Of a stretch of DNA of 64,000 nt, positions 1-6,720 are shown one piece after another. The stretch spans positions 59-64,058 of the forward strand of contig JAYNLI010000004.1 in NCBI GenBank assembly GCA_038111655.1, in the 5' to 3' direction. A model generated the notes under the pieces. That model had not been told where the DNA came from. It did no database searches and was given only the letters and a program-made list of their open reading frames with translations. The position numbers were made by a program, and so were the translations under genes. The stretch comes from Bordetella sp. (lineage in GTDB: Bacteria; Pseudomonadota; Gammaproteobacteria; Burkholderiales; Burkholderiaceae_A). Numbering within the stretch: the stretch's first letter is position 1; every line of letters begins with the position of its first letter.

Positions 1-1
1 T

Positions 2-847
2 GTGCGTGGTATCGATGCCATTATGGGTGGTCATACCCACGACGGTGTACCCCAGCCTGTTAAGGTCAAGAATGCTGGTGGCGTTACCCTGGTTACTAAT
101 GCAGGATCGAACACCAAGTTTCTGGGCGTACTCGATTTCGACGTGAAAGGCGGTAGGGTGGCTGATTTCCGCTACAAACTACTTCCCGTGTTTGCCAATA
201 TGTTGCCCGCCGATAAAGAAATGCAGGCTTTTATCGATCGAGTACGCGGCCCCTACAAGGCCAAGCTTGAAGAGACCTTGGCAATGACCGAAGGTTTGCT
301 CTACCGTCGTGGCAATTTCAATGGTAGTTTCGACCAACTCATTGTTGACGCCCTTATGGAGGTAAAGGGGGCCGATCTTGCTTTCTCGCCTGGCTTTCGT
401 TGGGGCACCAGCCTGTTGCCGGGTCAGGCCATTACGCGTGAGCATGTTATGGACCAAACGGCCACGACTTACTCCTACAGTACGCTAACGGAGATGTCGG
501 GAGAGATGATCAAAACGGTCTTGGAAGACGTCTGCGACAACTTGTTTAACCCTGATCCTTATTATCAACAGGGTGGTGACATGGTTCGAGTAGGCGGACT
601 GGAGTACACCTGTGCACCGCTTGAAAAGATGGGTAACCGGATTCAAGACATGCGCCTTAGGGGTAAGCCTATTGAGGCCAACAAGAATTACAAAGTTGCC
701 GGTTGGGCCCCAGTGGCAGAAGGCGCCACTGGTGAGCCTTTATGGGATGTGATGGAGACCTGGTTAAAGGCGAAAAAGGTCGTTCCACCCCTTAAGATCA
801 ATACGCCTAAGTTGCTGGGTATGAAGGGCAATCCTGGTATCGCCTAA
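2..847 (+). CDS. soxB: Thiosulfohydrolase SoxB, 3' part (truncated by window edge)
   Basis: GGHTHD metal motif, LYRRGNF, FSPGFRWG and NPDPYYQQGGDMVR motifs characteristic of the SoxB C-terminal half. Confidence 0.93.
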   Translation: MRGIDAIMGGHTHDGVPQPVKVKNAGGVTLVTNAGSNTKFLGVLDFDVKGGRVADFRYKLLPVFANMLPADKEMQAFIDRVRGPYKAKLEETLAMTEGLLYRRGNFNGSFDQLIVDALMEVKGADLAFSPGFRWGTSLLPGQAITREHVMDQTATTYSYSTLTEMSGEMIKTVLEDVCDNLFNPDPYYQQGGDMVRVGGLEYTCAPLEKMGNRIQDMRLRGKPIEANKNYKVAGWAPVAEGATGEPLWDVMETWLKAKKVVPPLKINTPKLLGMKGNPGIA

Positions 848-869
848 GAACAGCCAGCTGTTGTTGGTG

Positions 870-904
870 AAACAAAAACGCCCCACTTAGGGGCGTTTTT
901 GTTT
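870..904. terminator. Bidirectional intrinsic terminator between convergent soxB and DUF4395 genes
   Basis: Perfect 15-bp inverted repeat AAACAAAAACGCCCC-actta-GGGGCGTTTTTGTTT, giving a GC stem plus U-tract on both strands. Confidence 0.88.
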
Positions 905-972
905 GGTGAGGTCTTGGGCAAGACGTGTAGATTTCGATGAAGGCGTATTCACCAAGACACGACCTGTTGACC

Positions 973-1707
973 TTAGCCTCTTGACGGGGGTTGGCCAAAG
1001 TCAAGGTTGTTGCACTCTTCACATTCCTCTTTGAACACGCCAAGCTTCACCATTAATGCATGAATTTTGCAGCCCACGCAAAACCCTAAAACAGCCTCCA
1101 GCCACATAAAACCAAGGCAGACCCAAACCATAACAAGAGGAAGCCATCGGGGAAGGTATTGTTCCGTTGTTGGTAAGACGGGCTGTTGGAAAATCACATT
1201 AGCTATAGCGGCAAATTTTTCTGGATGAAAAAAGACGAGGCAGAGTGAAATCATGCTTGCGCCGATAACCCACGCGAAGCGCTTTGGTGCAAGCGGTTTC
1301 CATAGAGGCCTATGGTGGCGGGCGAGGAGACTCGCAAGCCATATTGTGGGAGATAAATAGCTGGTTCTGATAAACATTCCAGACACCATTTCAAGGAGGG
1401 CATAGAAGAGAACGTAGGTCTGTATGGTGTAGTCGTAGGTGCGACGTGTTGCTTCAACCATATAAAGAATGCGACCGTCGAAGTCCATGTCGTAGGTGTC
1501 ATTAATGACGTTACCCGTGACCTCCCAATGACCTCCGAAGATAATATCGAACAATGTAAATGCCATATAAACCGGAATAACTAGCATCATCCCTGCGCGA
1601 ATCTTGACTGCAGTTTCGTTAATGTAAGGGGTGAAGTCGTCTTTGCTTCTAAACCATAAAGGTCCTAGGCTGGGAAGGTTTTGTGGGGCAGACAGAGTTG
1701 TGCTCAT
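973..1707 (-). CDS. DUF4395-family inner-membrane protein with Cys-rich C-terminus
   Basis: INE..V.IRAG start, PKRFAW.IG and EAVLGFCVGC motifs, several TM segments, C-terminal CEEC; ATG at 1707 preferred over the 1809 ORF start. Confidence 0.75.
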   Translation of the reverse strand: MSTTLSAPQNLPSLGPLWFRSKDDFTPYINETAVKIRAGMMLVIPVYMAFTLFDIIFGGHWEVTGNVINDTYDMDFDGRILYMVEATRRTYDYTIQTYVLFYALLEMVSGMFIRTSYLSPTIWLASLLARHHRPLWKPLAPKRFAWVIGASMISLCLVFFHPEKFAAIANVIFQQPVLPTTEQYLPRWLPLVMVWVCLGFMWLEAVLGFCVGCKIHALMVKLGVFKEECEECNNLDFGQPPSRG

Positions 1708-1770
1708 AGCAAATGGCTCAAGGTTTAAGTGATTGAATAAGTCACACTTTGACAATAACCCTGTGGGAAG

Positions 1771-1815
1771 ACCCAACCAACTCCCGGAGGTATTACCGTC
1801 GGGAGCCAATTGGGC
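1771..1815 (-). other. Strand-specific intergenic RNA hairpin (16-bp stem with 5 G-U pairs)
   Basis: Minus-strand GCCCAAUUGGCUCCCG pairs fully with CGGGAGUUGGUUGGGU; the wobbles work only on the operon's sense strand. Confidence 0.6.
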
Positions 1816-1842
1816 CTAGGGGACAACATTGAAGGCTGGTTC

Positions 1843-3168
1843 TTAGAACTGTTTGCTGTATTGCAGACCGAAGGAGTATTGCTTCATTTCTATCGTCTCT
1901 TGAATAGTGTTTTCTGGAAGCCCGTTCAGTCGGTTAAATAGAGAACTCCCAGTAACAGAGACTTTGGGAGCATACATGGCGAACCAACTCCAATCTGACA
2001 AATCATTAATTTTATAAGTACCACCAATGGTGTAATGATCTTCCATAACGCCCGGAGCGAGAATATTAAAGGTCACGTCTTCTGCACGAATTGGGTTATC
2101 CCCTTTGTTATAGCCCACTCTCAAAATCGTCTTGTCATTAACTTGCCACTGAGCGCCTAGTTTGATGACATTAATATTTCTCCAGCCAAAACCTGAACCG
2201 GCATCGGCGCCAAGATTGGGGGTGCCAGCAGTAAATAGGCTTGTAATTGTGTTGGACGAGGCATTACTGACAGATTTGACATCTTCGTAGTTAATGGCGC
2301 TGTAATCGATTGCCACCTGAATCGCCGGACTGACTTGAATTGCAGCACCAACAGTCCAATTTGATGGGATGTCAAAATCGCCACCAGACGCAAAAAGTTC
2401 GGAGTACTTTTTAAATTTTGACATATTGATCTTAGGACTATAGCTAGCACCTACGCTGACCGTTTGGCTCACTCTTGACAGAGCACCTAAGCGCACACCG
2501 AACCCAGTGCTAGTGTCGTATCCTTGATTTGAAAGCTTTGATGTTCCCTGAGATGGGGTCATGAAAGAAAATGAATCAACTCCTACAGCTTCAAATCTTT
2601 GATACAAAAAAAGTGGGGAGAATCCGATTGAGGAGTTTTCGTTAACCTTATAAGCGGCTGTTGGAGCAATTGTTAGCTGCATTAGATCAACTCCAAGGTT
2701 TCCGGAGCCGCACATTGCATTACCGAGGCCACTGGGAATAGTATTACAGGCAAAGCTAGCTCCTCTATAGGTTGTATTCATACCCCCATTCCCATAAACC
2801 GATATTCCAACTCCGACCTTCTCAGAGAGACCCAGGTTATATGCGAATTCAGGAATTGGAAACGTCCGCTCGGAGCTCTTAACGGTTCCGGTGGTCATTG
2901 ACATGGCTGGGATACTGCGGGTTGCCGACCTATCCGGCATGAAGAAGTCTACGCCCAAGTCCCAGCGGTTTCCCACAAAGGCTGCTGCCGCGGGGTTATT
3001 GGCACCTGCAAAGGCATCTTGCGTCATGGCAACCGCCGCCCCACCCATGCCCTTGGCCTTCACGCCTATGCCGTGAGGAAAGTAGCCGTTTGTAGCGAAA
3101 GCTGATGCTCCGACCACACTCAGTGATACGGCAACAGCGAGTTGTTTGAGTTTCTGATTGCTTTTCAT
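1843..3168 (-). CDS. OmpP1/FadL/TodX-family outer-membrane channel
   Basis: Signal peptide ending AFA, hatch motif G.KAKGMGGA...NNPA, beta-barrel pattern, C-terminal Phe; strong SD GAGGAG. Confidence 0.88.
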   Translation of the reverse strand: MKSNQKLKQLAVAVSLSVVGASAFATNGYFPHGIGVKAKGMGGAAVAMTQDAFAGANNPAAAAFVGNRWDLGVDFFMPDRSATRSIPAMSMTTGTVKSSERTFPIPEFAYNLGLSEKVGVGISVYGNGGMNTTYRGASFACNTIPSGLGNAMCGSGNLGVDLMQLTIAPTAAYKVNENSSIGFSPLFLYQRFEAVGVDSFSFMTPSQGTSKLSNQGYDTSTGFGVRLGALSRVSQTVSVGASYSPKINMSKFKKYSELFASGGDFDIPSNWTVGAAIQVSPAIQVAIDYSAINYEDVKSVSNASSNTITSLFTAGTPNLGADAGSGFGWRNINVIKLGAQWQVNDKTILRVGYNKGDNPIRAEDVTFNILAPGVMEDHYTIGGTYKINDLSDWSWFAMYAPKVSVTGSSLFNRLNGLPENTIQETIEMKQYSFGLQYSKQF

Positions 3169-3219
3169 TGTTTTCTCCTCGACTTGTTATTAATCGTGTT
3201 TTGTTTCTTCAGGTATTTT

Positions 3220-3804
3220 CTAGAACTCACCCTTGGAGGCTCGCTCCATCATTTGGTGCATGGTTTCGCGCACAGACCATGCTTCCTCTTTGAGAGGCGA
3301 GGGCAGCTTGCGCCCCATCTTGACCATCATGTCCATGTTCAGGGTATAGAGCCAGAGTCCGTCTTCTTTCTCGAGGAGCGTAATTCGGCAAGGCATGTAT
3401 GCGGCCATATGTGGGCTGAAGTCCGCCATGCGTCGAGCAATCATTGGGCTACAGTAGTTAAAGATGGTAAGGATCTTTTCCTTTTTTCCCGTCCGCTTAG
3501 CGATTTCCTCCGAAAGCGGGAGGATACCGACTTCTCGCATATTACGTTCCGTTGCTACCAGCGATAGGATCTGAGCGACGTCTTCTGCTGAAACACCTGG
3601 CTTTACTTTTCTCTCCCATGTGGTGGCGATCGCGATGTCTCCCTCGCCCTCGATCCAACGATCCCAAAGCTTCATAGCTTCAGGGCCGGCACCATCTTCA
3701 AGCTTGCTAATTGTTGCGAGCGTCCCGCAACCTGTTAGGCCAGCTATAAGTACTATCGAAGCGGCGAGTCGACTGATGAATTGAGAGTAAGAGCGTTGCT
3801 GCAT
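3220..3804 (-). CDS. DUF302-domain lipoprotein
   Basis: Lipobox LTG-C; NYCSP and AAYMPCRI motifs typical of DUF302; SD AAGGAGG. Confidence 0.8.
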   Translation of the reverse strand: MQQRSYSQFISRLAASIVLIAGLTGCGTLATISKLEDGAGPEAMKLWDRWIEGEGDIAIATTWERKVKPGVSAEDVAQILSLVATERNMREVGILPLSEEIAKRTGKKEKILTIFNYCSPMIARRMADFSPHMAAYMPCRITLLEKEDGLWLYTLNMDMMVKMGRKLPSPLKEEAWSVRETMHQMMERASKGEF

Positions 3805-3835
3805 GCTGGTGCCTCCTTGATTGAATTCTTTATAG

Positions 3836-3851
3836 ATACCCTCGGGGGTAT
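3836..3851. promoter_or_regulatory. CsoR/CstR-type operator ATACCCTCGGGGGTAT in the divergent promoter region
   Basis: 16-bp pseudo-palindrome (7/8 symmetric) of form ATACC-GC core-GGTAT, the known CsoR-family operator architecture; ~100 bp from a csoR-family gene; on the minus strand it lies between TTAATA and TATAAA hexamers. Confidence 0.8.
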
Positions 3852-3951
3852 ATTAAGATTGCGCTCTTTTTCTTGATTCTGCAAATTGCAGCGCACCATT
3901 TTTTCAGGGATTGTTGCGGTAAGTTAACAACCTTAGGTATAAAGAGCTTAA

Positions 3952-4245
3952 ATGAAGACTTTGTCATCAGACCGAGAGCGGCAGGAGCGCACCGTGATGG
4001 TCAATCGCTTGCGGCGTATAGAAGGCCAGGTGAGGGGCATAATCCAGATGATTGACCAGGGCCAAGGTTGCGAAGAGGTTGCTCAACAAATGGCTGCAAC
4101 GCGTCGTGCCCTTGAGAAGGCATACCTTCATATGATGAGCTGTTCGATTATGGAGGCAGTCGCAGATTTATCTGATGAATCGATGTTGCCCGACAAGCGC
4201 AAAGAGCTCGACCGGGTTGTTGAATTACTGCGGAAATACGCTTAA
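3952..4245 (+). CDS. CsoR/RcnR/CstR-family transcriptional repressor
   Basis: RLRRIEGQVRGI..M....C..V.QQ..A signature, 97 aa. Confidence 0.9.
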   Translation: MKTLSSDRERQERTVMVNRLRRIEGQVRGIIQMIDQGQGCEEVAQQMAATRRALEKAYLHMMSCSIMEAVADLSDESMLPDKRKELDRVVELLRKYA

Positions 4246-4292
4246 GTTACTCTGTGGTGCAAAGTTAGATTGATTTTTAAGGGGTGGCGTTT

Positions 4293-4652
4293 ATGAACCA
4301 GGTCTTTTTAAGTGGTCGGTCAAGTGTGAGTGTTCATGCAGCAGCAATTCTTTTGGGTGTTGGGCTCATGGTTATCTCGAGCTATGCTCATGCGGTTTTG
4401 TTCGCCAAGGGCAATGCAGAAATTGGGGCGAAGCTTCATGCAAAAACCTGTGCCTCCTGCCATAACTCCATGATGCCGGACGGTAAAGGCGAGGAACTCT
4501 ATTCGGAAGATTTTCGAAAGACGACTGACGCAGGTAAGCTGAAGACTATGGTTCAGTTTTGCGCTACACGCACTAATTCAGGTTGGTTTGACGAGGAAAT
4601 TGAGCATGTCTCCCGCTACCTGAATGACAACTATTACAAGTTCAAGCAGTGA
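4293..4652 (+). CDS. Periplasmic monoheme c-type cytochrome (green-heme-protein-like, candidate His/Cys ligation)
   Basis: Signal peptide ending AHA, one CASCH heme motif, distal VQFC......WFDEE...V..YLN..YYKF; alternative GTG start at 4284. Confidence 0.78.
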   Translation: MNQVFLSGRSSVSVHAAAILLGVGLMVISSYAHAVLFAKGNAEIGAKLHAKTCASCHNSMMPDGKGEELYSEDFRKTTDAGKLKTMVQFCATRTNSGWFDEEIEHVSRYLNDNYYKFKQ

Positions 4653-4706
4653 CACTCTTTGATTCTTCTGAGAATCTAAAGCCGACTGGTCGGCCTTGGT
4701 TCCTCG

Positions 4707-5348
4707 CTAGCGCCTGTCTTGAAGGGCGAAGTGACCTGTGAACTTACCCGCAAAGGTAACGAGCATCTCAGCACCGCTTGTGTCTGATTGAATAGAAGCA
4801 CCGGGTTGCTCAACGGGGTCGCTTGATTTCATCTGCAACAAGCCTGCTGGCCAGCTTACCTTTAGTTTTGCTGACATGGGCAGGTATCCATCAAAATAGC
4901 GTCTCATAAGGGGTCCCGCCTGAAGTTTATAGACCCCTTTTTCAGAGGTAAGCTCGAGGGCCTTTGATTGAAGACTAATGCAAATCTGGGCCCCCTTTTT
5001 CACGTTGGTAAGGGTGACTCGATGTTGTTCTGCTGCAATCGATTCAATACCCGAGTGGCTCTCAACCTTGAAATTTTTAAGCCTGTCAGGGTTAAAGGCA
5101 ATGACAACCTTGCGAATAGGGTCGAGACGGTAGTGGCATGTTAATAAAGAGACCACCCCATCTTGAAGAGATGACTCGGTTAGTAGTACTTTTGACTCAT
5201 AGTGATAGCTATTTGGGTCAGGATGTTTTGCTAAGTATTTAAGCTCCCCTTCTTTGGCAATATCGTCAAACTCTAAGGCGAAAGTTGTTGAACAACAACC
5301 TAGTGTAGCCAGGGTAAGGATAAGCAGCCGGGTGACTGGCGCGGTCAT
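4707..5348 (-). CDS. Secreted/periplasmic hypothetical protein
   Basis: 213-aa ORF with N-terminal signal peptide, two mature-region Cys, GPLMRRYFDGYLPM segment; lies 10 bp downstream of tesA. Confidence 0.7.
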   Translation of the reverse strand: MTAPVTRLLILTLATLGCCSTTFALEFDDIAKEGELKYLAKHPDPNSYHYESKVLLTESSLQDGVVSLLTCHYRLDPIRKVVIAFNPDRLKNFKVESHSGIESIAAEQHRVTLTNVKKGAQICISLQSKALELTSEKGVYKLQAGPLMRRYFDGYLPMSAKLKVSWPAGLLQMKSSDPVEQPGASIQSDTSGAEMLVTFAGKFTGHFALQDRR

Positions 5349-5358
5349 CAGTGGCCTT

Positions 5359-6126
5359 TCATAGCAGTGGGTGCATTGTCTTCCAGATGGTTTCTAGAAT
5401 AACGGGCTGAGCCTTTGTGTTGGGGTGTATCTGGTCATCCTGAAAATAGCTTAGGTCTGCGGCAAATCCTTTAAGCATAGCTGGCACGGCCTGCACTAGA
5501 AGTTCTTTTGCAACCGAAGGCACGATGGCATCAAATTCTTTTAAATAGGCTTTACCAAGGTTCGGCGGTAGCCGCACGCCAACAATAAGAACTTGGGCCT
5601 TACTCGCAAGAGACTTTTGCACCATGGCCGTCAAATTAGCTCGGGTGGTTCGCAGGTCAAGCCCTCGTAGCCCATCGTTTGTACCCAACTGCAGAACCAC
5701 AAGCGCTGGTTTGACCTGGGCCAGTGCTCTCGGAAGTCGTTGAAGACCGCCAAACGTTGTTTCACCCGATAGGCTGCGGTTCTCAACCTTGTAGTTGAGC
5801 TTCATCGCGTCAAGCCGCTTCTGAAGAAGACTTACCCAGCCTTGTTCTCTTGGCAGGCCGTAGGCGGCCGACAGGCTGTCACCAAAAATTAAAATGGTGG
5901 CTTTGCTTGTATTAGCGGATGCTGAAGGGTTGTTCGGGCTGCTTTGCACAGCATTTGCAAGGCCAATGAGTAGAATCAGACTGAATAAGAATTGAATGAA
6001 TCGAAGGAGCGGAATGGCAGAAGGTGCAGGTACAACGCCATCAATGGCCCCCTTGGCGATCGAGGCAAGGGGCCTTGCGAAATGGGTTTCCGATGGCAAT
6101 GACAAGCTTTCAATTCTCCAGGACAT
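5359..6126 (-). CDS. tesA: GDSL arylesterase/acyl-CoA thioesterase I (start uncertain)
   Basis: FGDSLSAAYG, SGETT, LGTNDGLRG and D.IHP blocks; divergent to a ybbA-like ATPase. Confidence 0.88.
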   Translation of the reverse strand: MSWRIESLSLPSETHFARPLASIAKGAIDGVVPAPSAIPLLRFIQFLFSLILLIGLANAVQSSPNNPSASANTSKATILIFGDSLSAAYGLPREQGWVSLLQKRLDAMKLNYKVENRSLSGETTFGGLQRLPRALAQVKPALVVLQLGTNDGLRGLDLRTTRANLTAMVQKSLASKAQVLIVGVRLPPNLGKAYLKEFDAIVPSVAKELLVQAVPAMLKGFAADLSYFQDDQIHPNTKAQPVILETIWKTMHPLL

Positions 6127-6712
6127 TAATCTTCAAGTGCATGCGGGTGAATCGCTTGCGATGGTTGGGCCTTCAGGATGTGGCAAGTCTACGCTTCTGG
6201 GACTTTTAGCGGGTCTTGATACGCCCTCGCACGGCGAGGTTTATTGGGCCGGTGAACCCATTTCCTCGCTCTCCGAGGAGCAACGTAGTCTTCGCCGTAA
6301 TGGTCGATTTGGTTTTGTTTTTCAGTCGTTTCAGTTACTTCCTCAACTTAATGCACTTGAAAATGTCATGTTACCTCTAGAGCTTCGGGACGATCGCGAT
6401 GCCAAGTCGAAGGCCATAGCAATGCTGTCGCAGGTTGGCCTCTCGGGACGTGAGCAACACTTTCCAGCCACGCTATCCGGTGGCGAGCAACAGCGGGTTG
6501 CTCTTGCCCGAGCCTTTGTCGTGACCCCAGAATTACTCTTTGCCGATGAGCCAACAGGAAGCCTTGACTACGAGAGTGGTGCGAGGGTGATGGAGCTGTT
6601 CTTTGACCTGCAAAAGAGCTTCGGCACGACTCTTATTGTCGTAACCCACGATGAAAGCCTTGCGAAGGCTTGTAGCCGCTGTTTACGAATGCAGGCGGGC
6701 CGGATCGTATAA
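6014..6712 (+). CDS. ybbA: ABC transporter ATP-binding protein, YbbA-like
   Basis: Walker [25 protein letters not shown]; head-to-head with tesA; SD AAGGAG before 6014 (alternative starts 5996, 6044). Confidence 0.82.
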   Translation: MAEGAGTTPSMAPLAIEARGLAKWVSDGNDKLSILQDINLQVHAGESLAMVGPSGCGKSTLLGLLAGLDTPSHGEVYWAGEPISSLSEEQRSLRRNGRFGFVFQSFQLLPQLNALENVMLPLELRDDRDAKSKAIAMLSQVGLSGREQHFPATLSGGEQQRVALARAFVVTPELLFADEPTGSLDYESGARVMELFFDLQKSFGTTLIVVTHDESLAKACSRCLRMQAGRIV

Positions 6713-6720
6713 TCAGAGGT

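Noticed and set aside
864-909. 7-bp direct repeat TTGGTGA flanking the terminator, as a target-site duplication
   Set aside because: Single short instance overlapping the stem ends, no second copy of the element in the window
3929-3940. AACCTTAGGTAT as a second CsoR operator
   Set aside because: Only one good half-site and wrong spacing; cannot be supported
4661-4697. Two small hairpins between the cytochrome and hypothetical genes
   Set aside because: Short stems without a convincing U-tract; not called as terminators
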